From NCBI GenBank assembly GCA_041483895.1, contig JBGPGO010000005.1:128001-192000 (forward strand): a stretch of DNA of 64,000 bases. Direction: 5' to 3'. How positions within the stretch are numbered: the stretch's first letter is position 1; every line of letters begins with the position of its first letter. This stretch comes from Fimbriimonadia bacterium (GTDB taxonomy: Bacteria > Armatimonadota > Fimbriimonadia > Fimbriimonadales > JABRVX01). This document shows, in pieces, positions 1 through 10,641 of this stretch. The position numbers and the translations under genes were made by a program. Below the pieces are notes generated by a model. That model did no database searches. It was not told the origin of the DNA and saw nothing but the letters and a program-made list of their open reading frames with translations.

Positions 1-117
1 GTTGCCGACAAAACTTAGCCCGGCTCCGGAAGAGAAATCGTTGTACCCAAAATCCGAAAAGGCGGTTGTTGCGAGAATGGCGAAGATTCCCGAAAGCGTG
101 ATGGTGCGCAGTTGCAT
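1..117 (-). CDS. 5' part of a secreted protein (signal peptide; possible L-type lectin-like start), truncated by window edge
   Basis: AAGGAG RBS then ATG; MQLRTITLSGIFAILATTAFSDFGYNDFSSGAGLSFVGN is open to position 1; not in the ORF track. Confidence 0.65.
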   Translation of the reverse strand, partial: MQLRTITLSGIFAILATTAFSDFGYNDFSSGAGLSFVGN

Positions 118-268
118 TTTCTTGCTCCTTTAGCAATAAGTGATGTGGCACCCAGGAGCAAAGTGAATCGGATGACTCGAAAACAGAACTATATCGGCAG
201 TCGGTCCAATTGTAACAGATTATCGCCGAAACTTGATCATCTTCATCGGGGTTTATCAGTTGCGGACA

Positions 269-300
269 ATAGGACTTATGGGACATATAGGTCATATGAG
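269..300. repeat. Short 9-bp-period intergenic repeat
   Basis: ataggactt/atgggacat/ataggtcat/atgag; shares TAGGACTTAT with 4689. Confidence 0.55.
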
Positions 301-326
301 GCGCCTTGGATGGGGTCTACTAGGGC

Positions 327-1145
327 ATGAAAACCCTCGTGCTACTCGCCTCGCTGTTAGTCGCCGCAGCCCAGGCCCAGCAGGTTGCCGACTCGAACTA
401 CGATGTCAGCGTCAAAAAGCCCACCTACGGACATGTCCATCCAAAAGTGCTATTCGACGAAGCCCACAACAACTTCCACACAACAATTGGAAGGTACAAG
501 CCGTTTGCCGATCTGATGCGCAACGACGGCTTCCATATCACTCCCAGCGACAAGCCGTTCGGCAAGGAAACCCTCCAGGGATACAAGATACTTGTGATCG
601 CCAACGCACGCGCTCCGAAAGGCGGAGGATCGCTGCTGCTCATTGCGGATCATGCGCCGATGGGCTACAACGCCGAAATCTTGGCCAAGCGTTTCAGTGT
701 GGATATGAGCAAAGGATTCACCGCCGACGAGAAGCATTGCAAGGACAAGGACGAAACCACGCTGATTTACAGCCGGGAGAACGGGCTGCTCGGAAAACAT
801 GAAATCACAAAGGGAATCAATACGGTTGTCGCCTTCACAGGCCAATCCCTGAGCATCCCGAAGGGCGCATCGGTTTTACTGCAGCTCGCCTCGACCGCTA
901 CGGACCGGCAGCCGGACATCGAACGATCGCAAAAGGAAAACAGGATGATCCTCGGAGATTCAATATCGGCCAAGGGCCGCGCGCAGGGGATCGCGTTCCA
1001 GCATGGCAAGGGCCGAGTGGTCATCTTGGGGGAGGCCGCAATGCTCACGGCGCAGGTCGCGGATGGCGAGAAGTTCGGCATGAACGCGCCGGGCAATGAC
1101 AATAGACAGTTTGCGCTGAACATCATGCACTGGCTGGCGCGATAG
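327..1145 (+). CDS. Secreted DUF4350/GATase-like fold protein
   Basis: Signal peptide; VLFDEAHNNFH, GGSLLLIADH, GKGRVVILGEAAML, DNRQFALNIMHWL motifs. Confidence 0.7.
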   Translation: MKTLVLLASLLVAAAQAQQVADSNYDVSVKKPTYGHVHPKVLFDEAHNNFHTTIGRYKPFADLMRNDGFHITPSDKPFGKETLQGYKILVIANARAPKGGGSLLLIADHAPMGYNAEILAKRFSVDMSKGFTADEKHCKDKDETTLIYSRENGLLGKHEITKGINTVVAFTGQSLSIPKGASVLLQLASTATDRQPDIERSQKENRMILGDSISAKGRAQGIAFQHGKGRVVILGEAAMLTAQVADGEKFGMNAPGNDNRQFALNIMHWLAR

Positions 1146-1154
1146 ATCCGCTCG

Positions 1155-1751
1155 CTATCTGTCGGGTAGGAATTTTGGATCGACGCGGCCGCTAACCATA
1201 TCATAGACCGCTCCCACCAATAACGCCTGTCCACCTTGGATGCGCGAGCGGAGATCGAGGCTTTGGATGCGAATTGCTTCGAGCGACATTTGAACGTTCT
1301 CGTAAATCGCGGCCGTCAACAGATCCGGCGTGGGATGAGACTGCGCACGCTGCACGGCGGAGTACAAGCGCAAGACCACGGGACCAAGTGGACCAACGGC
1401 GGCGCTGTTGGACGCGGCGGCTTCGACAGCGGCACAGTGCGAGTGCCCGAGAACCAACAGCAGCGGGGCGCCGAGCTGACACACGGCAAATTCGAGGGCC
1501 GCTAGCGTCTCGCTGGTCACGATATTTCCCGGCACCCGCGTGACGAACATGCGGCCCAACGGCTGATCGAAAACGATTTCCGGCGCTGTGCGGCCGTCGG
1601 AACAGCAAAGCACTGCCGCAATGGGAGCAACATGGGCGATCAGCCCGCGGCGAACCTGTTCGTCATGCTCCCACGCGGCCGGACGACATTCCGCAAATCG
1701 CTCGTTTCCTTCCAACAGCTCGCGCAGCGCTTCTTGTCCCGTCATTGACAT
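1155..1751 (-). CDS. Beta-class carbonic anhydrase
   Basis: LLEGNERF, CSDGR, RVPGN, LGHSHC zinc ligands; start may be 1745. Confidence 0.9.
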   Translation of the reverse strand: MSMTGQEALRELLEGNERFAECRPAAWEHDEQVRRGLIAHVAPIAAVLCCSDGRTAPEIVFDQPLGRMFVTRVPGNIVTSETLAALEFAVCQLGAPLLLVLGHSHCAAVEAAASNSAAVGPLGPVVLRLYSAVQRAQSHPTPDLLTAAIYENVQMSLEAIRIQSLDLRSRIQGGQALLVGAVYDMVSGRVDPKFLPDR

Positions 1752-1868
1752 TGATTATGACGGTTGGGTTGGGGCTGTCATGCGACGTCCCTTGAAAATG
1801 CGGCAGCGACCCGATCCTCTCCCCGTTCAGATGCCACGATTATGGTGTTCTTGAAGTAATATGAAAGC

Positions 1869-3086
1869 GTGATCAAGGCAGCCTATCTCCTCGGTCTGGT
1901 GTGCCTGTGTTCTGCGACAATCCTCGCGATTTCGGACTGCGGCACGCGGAAAACAGCCACGCCGAAAAAAATAATCACCGATCCTGGCTGGCGAAAGCTG
2001 GTGCGGGCCATCGACATGATCCGGAAGAACCCGGCGACTGTTGATGCAAACAGCAAAGGTGATTTGATGGAGCTTCCCGTTCGCGAACAGAAGGCGCTTG
2101 TTGCGGCAAATCGCGACGGGCTGAATGCCCTGCGGCAGGTGGCGCGAGCTGAAATCCATGTTCCCCCAGAGTCAACGGATAAGACCGGCTTCTATCTTCC
2201 CATGTGCCGCGAATCCGTGCGAATGCTGGCCGTGGCAGAGCAACTTGCCTTCGCCGACGGAAGCACCCGAAAGGCTCTCGCTGATCTGTTCGATGGGATT
2301 CGCCTGGGGCAGACGCTACAACAGGCGACCTTCACAACATGTAGGGTGGGCGTCGCTTGCGAGTCCCTTGTGGCAGAGCCCTTTGCGAAGAATTTGGATC
2401 GACTATCGCCAAAGGATTGCGAAGCGATTTTAGACGTGATTGCCCGTCATCTAAAGGAACAAATCCCCATCGCATCGATCGCCGCGGGGGAAGACCGAGA
2501 GATTCACGATATGCTCATCGACCTTGTGAAGAGGAATGAGAAAGATCTCATTCATGATGTCAGCCGTCTGCCCGGTGGCGAAAACATAGAAGACCGTCTG
2601 CGAAAAGACCCACATACTTGGGAAAAGCTGATTCGCCGATCCGATCAGGTGAGAGGTCAGATTTACCGGGCGTTTGTGGCAGACATGGCCAAGCCGTTCC
2701 GACAACGGACCGTCGAAGGGCTCAAAGCTCCTCCAGACGACCTACTGACACAAATTATGATCGATGCACTGTACGGTACAGGCAACCTGAAGGGCTTTTC
2801 TATATGGCAGACCGCGCGCGAAGCCCATTTGAAGCTTATCGGCTTGCATGCGGCGATTGCTGCCTATCGCCTCGAGCACGGAAAGTTGCCAGACGCTCTC
2901 GCGGATCTGCGCCAGAAAGATCGCACGATCGATCCGTTTTCTGGTGAGCAGTTCCGTTACGCGCGCGACAAATCGGATTACAGACTCTATTCCGTTGGGG
3001 CGGACCTAAAGGACGATGGGGGCAAGCCCGGCAAGGGCTATTTTGGCAAAGGGGACCTGTTCCTCACGATGGACGGCAGCCGGTGA
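1869..3086 (+). CDS. Hypothetical exported protein with GspG/pseudopilin-like C-terminal motif
   Basis: N-terminal hydrophobic segment; C-terminal AYRLEHGKLPDALADL..DPFSGEQFRY..LYSVGADLKDDGG. Confidence 0.65.
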   Translation: MIKAAYLLGLVCLCSATILAISDCGTRKTATPKKIITDPGWRKLVRAIDMIRKNPATVDANSKGDLMELPVREQKALVAANRDGLNALRQVARAEIHVPPESTDKTGFYLPMCRESVRMLAVAEQLAFADGSTRKALADLFDGIRLGQTLQQATFTTCRVGVACESLVAEPFAKNLDRLSPKDCEAILDVIARHLKEQIPIASIAAGEDREIHDMLIDLVKRNEKDLIHDVSRLPGGENIEDRLRKDPHTWEKLIRRSDQVRGQIYRAFVADMAKPFRQRTVEGLKAPPDDLLTQIMIDALYGTGNLKGFSIWQTAREAHLKLIGLHAAIAAYRLEHGKLPDALADLRQKDRTIDPFSGEQFRYARDKSDYRLYSVGADLKDDGGKPGKGYFGKGDLFLTMDGSR

Positions 3087-3204
3087 CCACGTGAGGATGC
3101 GACCTCACCCTATTTCAACAATGAATTGGAGGCCGGGGTCGCCTTGTCGTGGTCCAAGGCCATTCCCTACGTATTCGAGTCTGAGAGCGCGGTAAAATCG
3201 GGCC

Positions 3205-3756
3205 GTGATCAAGACCGTGCCAATGGAAGTCGTCATCCCGCCCCACGCGGAGGAGTGGTACCACGTCGTCAACCCGGACGTGGTGAAGTACCCCGCCGCC
3301 GTGCTGCGCAGCGTCGCCAAGCCGGTCGGACGCATCACACAGGGCACACAGGGGCTCATCGACAGGATGCTAAAGGCGATGAAGGACGCGCGCGGGATCG
3401 GTCTCGCCGCGCCACAGATTGGCGTTTTGGAGCGCGTCTGCATCGTCGCCCCCGCCGACGAACACCCTATGATCCTGATCAATCCGGAGATCGTCAGCTC
3501 AACCGGACTCATGATCGGGCAGGAAGGGTGCCTCAGCATTCCCGGCCTCTATGGCGACGTGGAGCGATATGCCGAGGTCGAGGTCAAGGCCACCAATCGT
3601 CGTGGGAAGCCGGTGCGGCTGAAGTTGGAAGGCATGACGTCGCGGGTTGCCCAGCATGAAATCGATCATTTGGACGGGGTGCTGTTCACGGACCGCGTGG
3701 ACGCGACCACCTTGCATTGGCGGCACCCGCACGCGGAGGACGAAGACGAAATATGA
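3205..3756 (+). CDS. def: Peptide deformylase
   Basis: GIGLAAPQIG, EGCLSIPG, QHEIDHLDG motifs. Confidence 0.97.
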   Translation: MIKTVPMEVVIPPHAEEWYHVVNPDVVKYPAAVLRSVAKPVGRITQGTQGLIDRMLKAMKDARGIGLAAPQIGVLERVCIVAPADEHPMILINPEIVSSTGLMIGQEGCLSIPGLYGDVERYAEVEVKATNRRGKPVRLKLEGMTSRVAQHEIDHLDGVLFTDRVDATTLHWRHPHAEDEDEI

Positions 3757-4673
3757 CGCTGGTGTTTTTCGGTACCGCTGAGTTTGCGGTGCCAGCTCTC
3801 CGCGCAATCGCCGCCTCTTCTCATACAATCCTCGCCGTCGTGACCCAGCCGGATCGGCCGACCGGCCGCGGCATGAAGCTCCATTCTTCCCCCGTTTGTG
3901 CCGCCGCTGTGGCCGTCGGACTTCCGGTGATGAAGCCCGAAAAGTGCCGCGATCCGGAGTTTATCGAACAGATCGGCTCGATGGAACCGGACGTGTTGGT
4001 GGTTGCGGCGTATGGCCAGATCATGCCGGTTGCGCTGTTGGAGTCGGCCAAGTTTGGCGGGATCAACATCCACGGGTCGCTGCTGCCCCGATGGCGAGGG
4101 GCGGCGCCGATCCAACGCGCCATCCAACATGGAGATAGCAAGACAGGCATCACGATCATGCAGATGGACAAGGGGATGGATACCGGCGACATCTTGATGC
4201 AAGACGAGATGCCGATATTGTCCGATGCAACGGCGGAATTTGTCACGCATTGGTTGGCAGAGTTGGGCGCATTAATGATCGTCCGGGCGCTCGATCGACT
4301 TCCCGATCTGACTCGAACACCTCAAGGCGGATCATTGGCGACTTACGCGCCCCGAATCAAGCCGGAGGAGGGTCGAATCGACTGGGGGCGCACGTCTGTC
4401 GAGATTTACAACATGTATCGCGCCTTCACTCCTCGCCCCGGCGTGTTTGCGACCGCCGGCGGAAAGAGATTGAAGATTATCGAAATGCGACCCGCGGGGG
4501 ACGGCGGAGAGCCCGGTATTGTCACATCAGTGATCTCTGGCGGCATCCTGGTCGCGGCGGGCAGCGGCTCGCTTCAATTGATTCGGGTGAAGCCGGAGGG
4601 TAAACCGGAAATGTCCGGCACGGCATTAGCAATCGGCCATGGCATCCGGCCGGGGAGCCGATTCGGATTGTAG
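3753..4673 (+). CDS. fmt: Methionyl-tRNA formyltransferase
   Basis: FFGTAEFA, VVTQPDRP, NIHGSLLPRWRGAAPIQ, MDTGD; ATGA overlap with def. Confidence 0.97.
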   Translation: MTLVFFGTAEFAVPALRAIAASSHTILAVVTQPDRPTGRGMKLHSSPVCAAAVAVGLPVMKPEKCRDPEFIEQIGSMEPDVLVVAAYGQIMPVALLESAKFGGINIHGSLLPRWRGAAPIQRAIQHGDSKTGITIMQMDKGMDTGDILMQDEMPILSDATAEFVTHWLAELGALMIVRALDRLPDLTRTPQGGSLATYAPRIKPEEGRIDWGRTSVEIYNMYRAFTPRPGVFATAGGKRLKIIEMRPAGDGGEPGIVTSVISGGILVAAGSGSLQLIRVKPEGKPEMSGTALAIGHGIRPGSRFGL

Positions 4674-4688
4674 CGTGCATCGTTCAAT

Positions 4689-4724
4689 TAGGACTTATAG
4701 TACGTATGAGACCTATAAGTCCTA
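4689..4724. repeat. 12-bp inverted repeat built from 9-bp-period units, between convergent genes
   Basis: taggacttatag-N12-ctataagtccta. Confidence 0.7.
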
Positions 4725-4767
4725 TGACCTCCGGAGATGGATACTGTTTGGCGCGCTGAGGCCGAAT

Positions 4768-5850
4768 CTAGTCGCCGCCTTGCGGCTCGCCGGGTTGGGT
4801 CTGCTTGGGCATCGCGCTCGGAGGGATGATGGGAACGATAAAGTTCTCCATCTTCGCCTTTTCCTGGAGCTCCCGAACCAACATGCTGCGGCGCATATCG
4901 GTGATCCGCTTGGTCGCCGCCTGATATTCCGCGGGAGTGGCTCCCGTGCCGAATTTGGTCGCGCGAATAATCTGGTAGCCGCCAGGAGTCTCGACCGCAT
5001 CGGCGATATCACCGGGCTTCAGCTTGAAGACCGCTTCGGCAAACTTGGGATCGAGCTCGTCCCTCCATTTCCAGCCAAGATCGCCGCCCTTCCCTTTCGT
5101 GAACGGGTCCTCGCTGTACTTCTGCACGGCATCATCCCATTTCATTCCGCCGCGAATTTCTGCCACGATCTTGTTCGCCGCTTCCAGCGTCGCCTCCTTG
5201 TTCTTCGCTTGCTCTTCCGGCGTGTTTCCGGGAACGCGAACGACAATCTGGGCCGACTGGATTAGGTCCGACTTCTTGAGACCCTTTTCGGTAATCTTGT
5301 CCAGTTGAAGGGTCGCTCGAAGTTGCACGTAAACGCGCGACCAAGAATTATTGAGCGCCATCAGCTCCTGGTCAAGCGTGTGGCCCTTGGGCATCCGGCT
5401 CTTCAGGTCCTTGAGTTGCTCGTTCATCATCTTCTTGACCTCGGCATCGATGACGACAACGCCTCGCTTCTTGGCCTCTTGGTCAATCAGCTTAAAAATC
5501 ATCAGCGTGTTGATGACGTCATTGCCGCGCCATTCCCAAATGAACTGCGCCACATCCGCGCCGGTAATTGCCTCTCCATTGACTTTGGCAACCACTTTGC
5601 TTGCCGGCCAGGGCGCCAAGAGCCGATCTTTGGGCACTCCGAATGTGGTGGTGGCTTTACTTGTCGGCGCCTTTGCTGGAGCTTTACCGGTGGTCTTTTT
5701 TTGCGCCGGCTTTTTTGCCGGAGCCGACTTTGCGGGCTTCTTCGTCCCTTGAACGAAAACGGATTGCTGGGTGTGGGCGCTTGGAACCACGGCAAGTAGG
5801 GGCAGCGCCAACGCCGCGAGCAAGATTTGGCGGATAGAAATTCTCAACAA
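4768..5850 (-). CDS. PpiC-type peptidyl-prolyl isomerase (PrsA/SurA-like foldase)
   Basis: Signal peptide, VAKVNGEAIT, YSEDP..GGDLGW, FAEAVFKLKPG, ETPGGYQII. Confidence 0.88.
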   Translation of the reverse strand: MLRISIRQILLAALALPLLAVVPSAHTQQSVFVQGTKKPAKSAPAKKPAQKKTTGKAPAKAPTSKATTTFGVPKDRLLAPWPASKVVAKVNGEAITGADVAQFIWEWRGNDVINTLMIFKLIDQEAKKRGVVVIDAEVKKMMNEQLKDLKSRMPKGHTLDQELMALNNSWSRVYVQLRATLQLDKITEKGLKKSDLIQSAQIVVRVPGNTPEEQAKNKEATLEAANKIVAEIRGGMKWDDAVQKYSEDPFTKGKGGDLGWKWRDELDPKFAEAVFKLKPGDIADAVETPGGYQIIRATKFGTGATPAEYQAATKRITDMRRSMLVRELQEKAKMENFIVPIIPPSAMPKQTQPGEPQGGD

Positions 5851-5970
5851 TTACACCTCGATGATCTCTGTGGCGGGGCAATGGCCAGCCGCGAATTGTG
5901 CGATTCTTGCACGGATTGCCCGTTCCTGTCGACGGTTTCGCCCGCGCCCGCCATAGTTTCGACGCCAATT

Positions 5971-6933
5971 CTATCGCGGCACAGGCACCTGATTGAGTAC
6001 GGACATCACCGCATCGTCCGCGTCAACGCCTTCGATTTCCGCCTCCGGCCGCAGCAAGACGCGGTGCCGCAGAACAGGCAGCAGCACGGCTTTCACATCG
6101 TCCGGCGTTACAAAATTCCGCCCCTGCAATGCAGCCATTGCCTTGGAGCAGATAAGCACCGCAATTCCCGCTCTGGGCGACGCGCCGAGAACGAACTGGT
6201 CCGCCTCCCTCGTCTTTCGCACGATGACGCCGATGTAATTGAGTACCGAATCCGCAACATGGATTTGCCGCACGGTCTGGCGCAGTGCTGTGAGCTGACT
6301 CACATCAATTACGCGAGCGATCCCCACATCTTCCAAATGAGATGCCCGGAATCCATGGTCGTGGCGCCGCAGAATCTCCATCTCGGCCGCCTCTTCCGGG
6401 TATCCGACAACCACTTTCAGAAGAAATCGATCCAGTTGAGCCTCCGGCAGCGGGTATGTGCCCTCGTACTCGATCGGGTTCTGCGTTGCGAACACAAGGA
6501 ACGGATCGGGAAGCGGCAACGGCTCGCCGTCGATTGTCACGCGGCGCTCTTCCATTGCCTCCAAAAGTGCGGATTGGGTCTTCGGCGGCGTCCGATTGAT
6601 TTCGTCGGCAAGGAGCACGCTCGTGAAGATGGGACCCTTTCGAAGCTCGAACTTGGAGGTTGAAGCATTCAGGATATTGACGCCGGTAATGTCGGAAGGC
6701 ATCAGGTCGGGTGTGAATTGAATGCGTCGATACGGCAGGTCGCAAGCCAGAGCCAAAGCCCGAACCATCAGGGTCTTCGCGACGCCCGGCACTCCCTCCA
6801 AAAGCACATGGCCGTCCGAGAGCAGCGCCACGATAATCTGATCGATGACATCTGTTTGGCCAACGATTGCTTTTGCGAGCTGGCCCCGCAACTCCTCCGT
6901 CGCGGCGATGATAGGTTCGACATTTGCTTCCAT
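5971..6933 (-). CDS. MoxR-family AAA+ ATPase
   Basis: LLEGVPGVAKT, RIQFTPDLMPSD, DEINRTPPKTQSALLEAM, GTYPLPEAQLDRF. Confidence 0.95.
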   Translation of the reverse strand: MEANVEPIIAATEELRGQLAKAIVGQTDVIDQIIVALLSDGHVLLEGVPGVAKTLMVRALALACDLPYRRIQFTPDLMPSDITGVNILNASTSKFELRKGPIFTSVLLADEINRTPPKTQSALLEAMEERRVTIDGEPLPLPDPFLVFATQNPIEYEGTYPLPEAQLDRFLLKVVVGYPEEAAEMEILRRHDHGFRASHLEDVGIARVIDVSQLTALRQTVRQIHVADSVLNYIGVIVRKTREADQFVLGASPRAGIAVLICSKAMAALQGRNFVTPDDVKAVLLPVLRHRVLLRPEAEIEGVDADDAVMSVLNQVPVPR

Positions 6934-6979
6934 GCGCAGTACGATTTCGCCAACCCCGCAGCAATTCCTTGTGGCGGTC

Positions 6980-8275
6980 CTAGGGGAAGATTCCGCGAAT
7001 GGTCGTCGCTTGGGCAACTCGCTGCACACCGATGATGTAAGCCGCAATTCGCATGTTGGTCTTGTGGTGGCTCATGGTGCTCCACACGGAATCAAAGCTC
7101 CGGCGCATGATCTGTTCTAAGCGATCGTTGACCTGATCTTCCTGCCAGAAGAAGGCCTGCAGGTCCTGCACCCATTCAAAATAGGAGCAGACAACGCCGC
7201 CGGCATTCGCCAGCACATCCGGAACGACAAGGATTCCCCGGTCCATCAAGATGTCGTCGGCCTCCGGCGTCGTGGGGCCATTCGCCCCTTCCACGACCAG
7301 TTTCGCTTTGACCCTGCTCGCGTTCGCCTCCGTTATCTGGTTTGCTGCCGCGGCAGGCACCAAAATGTCACATTGCTGCGTCAGCAGCTCGGAATTCGAC
7401 AGCGGTTGCGCATCTTTGTACTCCTGCAATCCGCCATCCCGGCCGGCATAGCCCAGGAGCTTCTGGACGTCAAGACCCTTCTCATTGTAGATGCCACCGC
7501 GCGCGTCGCTGAGCCCCACGATTGTCGCTCCCTGTTCCGCCATCAGCTTCGCCGACACGCTGCCAACATTGCCAAAACCCTGCACAATGACCTTCGATCC
7601 GTCCAGCTTCATGTTCCGCATCTTCGAGGCCGCATCGGCGATCACCATCACGCCGCGTCCCGTCGCCTCAAACCGGCCCTCCGTGCCACCAATCTGGATC
7701 GGCTTGCCCGTGACGACCCCGGGAACGGAGTGGCCGACCTCCATGCTGTAGGTATCCATGATCCAGGCCATCACCTGCGCGTTGGTTCCGACATCGGGCG
7801 CGGGAATGTCCGATTCGGGTCCGATCAGAAAATTGATTTCGGTCGCATATCGCCGGGTCAGCTTCTCCAGTTCACGTGAGCTGAGCAGTTTCGGATCAAC
7901 GCAAACGGACCCTTTCGAGCCGCCGTAGGGGATGTTGACGATGGCGCATTTCCAGGTCATCCACATCGCCAGCGCTGTGGTCTCATCCAGGTCGGCGTCG
8001 GGAGAGTACCGAATGCCGCCCTTTGTCGGCCCTCGCGCGGTGTTGTGCTTGACACGATGACCGGTGAAAACCTTGATAGATCGATCGTCCATAACAACCG
8101 GAAAATTCACGGTTACCGTGATTTTTGGAACCGAAAGCACTTCGATGAGGCCATCTTCCAAATCAATGTAGTTGGCGGCAATAGCAAGTTGGTCTTGCGC
8201 CATCCGAAACATGCTCGTGCGTTCGCCATGCTGGTGATGAGAATTGGTTATCGTCTCTGTGCGCGCGCCGGCCAT
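6980..8275 (-). CDS. gdhA: Glutamate dehydrogenase (Glu/Leu/Phe/Val family)
   Basis: KGGIRY, MTWKCA, DIPAPDV, EATGRG, QGFGNVG, EGANGPTT, SYFEWVQ. Confidence 0.93.
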   Translation of the reverse strand: MAGARTETITNSHHQHGERTSMFRMAQDQLAIAANYIDLEDGLIEVLSVPKITVTVNFPVVMDDRSIKVFTGHRVKHNTARGPTKGGIRYSPDADLDETTALAMWMTWKCAIVNIPYGGSKGSVCVDPKLLSSRELEKLTRRYATEINFLIGPESDIPAPDVGTNAQVMAWIMDTYSMEVGHSVPGVVTGKPIQIGGTEGRFEATGRGVMVIADAASKMRNMKLDGSKVIVQGFGNVGSVSAKLMAEQGATIVGLSDARGGIYNEKGLDVQKLLGYAGRDGGLQEYKDAQPLSNSELLTQQCDILVPAAAANQITEANASRVKAKLVVEGANGPTTPEADDILMDRGILVVPDVLANAGGVVCSYFEWVQDLQAFFWQEDQVNDRLEQIMRRSFDSVWSTMSHHKTNMRIAAYIIGVQRVAQATTIRGIFP

Positions 8276-8300
8276 ACTCATTCCCTCCCCATCGTAGGTG

Positions 8301-8786
8301 CTATCGGTTTGCGGCGGTCTTCATCGACCGAAGAAGCAGCAGATACAGCGGCACACAGAGCCCCGCATGATATGCGCTTCGCAGTATAGACAGTTTTACC
8401 CAACTTCCCAGGTCGTTTTGAGGCGCGATCAGCAAGAAAACCAGGTCAACGGTCAGGGTAGAGAGAAACGTGACTACCGGCCCGGTGATCCAGAGCTGGG
8501 GCAATAGAAATCGCGGCGCCCACCCCGCGACGAAGCCGCCGAAGGCTCGACTCACCGCGTAGGCCCCCAGAAATTCACCCGTCAGCGAACCCATCAGCAG
8601 TCCCGATACAAATCCGACAACGGCGCCCGCAGCTCTGCCCAGAAACAGGGACAGGCACGCGACGCCGATGACGAGCAGATCGGGGGCGGCCCCGAAAAGC
8701 GCCATGCGATGCGCCAATGGGCCGTTCAGGATTGCGCCGAGGATGAGCACGAGGACAATCCAGATCGCTGCGCGCATCCCGGTCAT
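8301..8786 (-). CDS. mreD: Rod shape-determining protein MreD
   Basis: Hydrophobic protein with PDLLVI and GFVSGLL motifs; follows mreC with 4-nt overlap. Confidence 0.85.
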   Translation of the reverse strand: MTGMRAAIWIVLVLILGAILNGPLAHRMALFGAAPDLLVIGVACLSLFLGRAAGAVVGFVSGLLMGSLTGEFLGAYAVSRAFGGFVAGWAPRFLLPQLWITGPVVTFLSTLTVDLVFLLIAPQNDLGSWVKLSILRSAYHAGLCVPLYLLLLRSMKTAANR

Positions 8787-9583
8787 CGGAGCACGATCGC
8801 CTCTTCCAACGCATCGGGCTGCACCGACGGCTCGACCCATGCCCGCATGTAGCCATACGATCGGTCCCGCCAGACCTGCTTTACCGTGCCGACGAACAGG
8901 CCCTTCGGATACCGTTCCCCGACTCCCGACGTAACAATCTTGTCGCCTACCGCAACGTCCGCCCCTTCGGATAGGTGATCGAGCAGCAGCATATCGCCGC
9001 CCAGCCCTTTTGCGACGCCGGCCGCGCGCGATCCCTCCCGCGCCACCCGCGATCCAACCGCGAATCGATCGGCCGTCACCATGAGCACCACGCAGGAATT
9101 TCGGTCCACTAGCTGGACGATGCCGGCAAGTCCGTGCGGCGCTACCACCGGATTGCCAACACGCACTCCGTCTTCCGACCCGACCGAAAGCATCGCGGTC
9201 AAGGTCTGAGGATAGTAGGCGATGACCGACGCGGGCAGCGGCTTTCCGGGCGTTTGACGCAGCGTTTCCAGCAAAGCATGCAGCCGCCGGTTCTCCTGAT
9301 CCAGCTCATCGATCTTGACCTGCTGCGATACTGCCGCCGCCCGATCCCGTTCCAGCTCTCGTACACGGTTCCGAAGATGAGGAGCCTGGCCGATCCCGAT
9401 AAACAGATCGCCGGTAGATACAAGCGCGCTGTTTACAATGCCCTGGGGTCCGCAAAAAACCGACCGGACGGTATCGGTCAGCGGCTTCGAAACCACGCCC
9501 CGGTCCGCCCCCAAAACTGCGCCAAGGACGACCAAGGCGAGCAAGACGATCCAGTCCCGGGGCCGAATTCCACTCGGTTCCAT
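8783..9583 (-). CDS. mreC: Rod shape-determining protein MreC
   Basis: TM helix, coiled coil ENRRL, GSEDGV, GDKIVTSG..YPKGLFVG. Confidence 0.93.
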   Translation of the reverse strand: MEPSGIRPRDWIVLLALVVLGAVLGADRGVVSKPLTDTVRSVFCGPQGIVNSALVSTGDLFIGIGQAPHLRNRVRELERDRAAAVSQQVKIDELDQENRRLHALLETLRQTPGKPLPASVIAYYPQTLTAMLSVGSEDGVRVGNPVVAPHGLAGIVQLVDRNSCVVLMVTADRFAVGSRVAREGSRAAGVAKGLGGDMLLLDHLSEGADVAVGDKIVTSGVGERYPKGLFVGTVKQVWRDRSYGYMRAWVEPSVQPDALEEAIVLR

Positions 9584-10626
9584 TAGGAGTGCGCGGCTTT
9601 AAGAAGCTTGCTCAAATGCGGATTCTGTCGGATCTCTTCCAGGACGACTCCCGTTCCGATCACGACGCAGTTGAGCGGCTCTTTCGCGACAAAGACCGGC
9701 ATTTCCGTCTCTTTCATCAGGAGCCGATCCATCCCTCGCAATAACGCTCCTCCTCCCGCCAGACAGATTCCCCGATGCATGATGTCCGAGGCAAGCTCGG
9801 GCGGCGTCGCTTCGAGCGCCAGTTTTACCGCGTCAACAATGTTGTTCAGCGGTTCCGCGATGGCAGCGCGCAACTCTTCCGACGTGATGGTGGCGCTGCG
9901 CGGCAGGCCGGTGACCAGGTCGCGGCCCCGCACTTCGGTTTGCAACTCCTGCTCCAGCGGATACGCCGAACCGATCTCGATCTTCACGTTTTCCGTCGTG
10001 CGATCCCCGATGTACAGGTTGTATGCGCGCCGGACGTAGGCGCCGATGGCCTCATCGACCTCATCGCCCGCCACGCGGATGGACTTGCTGAACACAATCC
10101 CGGCAAGGGAGATGATGGCTACTTCCGTCGTGCCGCCGCCGATATCGACGATCATCGATCCTGTGGGCTCGCCGACCGGCAGGTTGGCGCCAATTGCCGC
10201 CGCCATCGGCTCTTCGATCAGAAAGGCTTCGCTGGCTCCGGCGCGCTTGGCGGCTTCGTACACGGCTCTCCGCTCGACTTCCGTCACTCCGCTCGGGATG
10301 CCGACGACGACTCTGTGCCACGCGAAGGTTCGTCGGGTGGACTTCTGAATGAAGTAGCGGAGCATCTTCTCCGTCTGATCGTAATCGGCGATGACGCCAT
10401 CGCGCAACGGGCGGATTGCGACGATGGAGGCGGGAGTCCGGCCCACCATTCGCTTGGCCTCTTCCCCAACCGCCAATATCTGCTTGGTTTCGGAATCAAT
10501 CGCGACGACGGAAGGCTCTCGCAGAAGAATCCCCTTGCCCTGCACGTAAACCAAGGTGTTGGCCGTACCCAGATCTACTCCCATGTCGCTGGTCATCCGC
10601 GACAGGAGCGACCGCAAAAATCGCAT
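9583..10626 (-). CDS. mreB: Rod shape-determining protein MreB
   Basis: [37 protein letters not shown]. Confidence 0.98.
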   Translation of the reverse strand: MRFLRSLLSRMTSDMGVDLGTANTLVYVQGKGILLREPSVVAIDSETKQILAVGEEAKRMVGRTPASIVAIRPLRDGVIADYDQTEKMLRYFIQKSTRRTFAWHRVVVGIPSGVTEVERRAVYEAAKRAGASEAFLIEEPMAAAIGANLPVGEPTGSMIVDIGGGTTEVAIISLAGIVFSKSIRVAGDEVDEAIGAYVRRAYNLYIGDRTTENVKIEIGSAYPLEQELQTEVRGRDLVTGLPRSATITSEELRAAIAEPLNNIVDAVKLALEATPPELASDIMHRGICLAGGGALLRGMDRLLMKETEMPVFVAKEPLNCVVIGTGVVLEEIRQNPHLSKLLKAAHS

Positions 10627-10641
10627 CCACCTACCCGCTTC

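Noticed and set aside
5971..6933. MoxR as part of a DUF58/VWA or conflict system
   Set aside because: No DUF58 or VWA gene is adjacent in this window; partners are probably elsewhere
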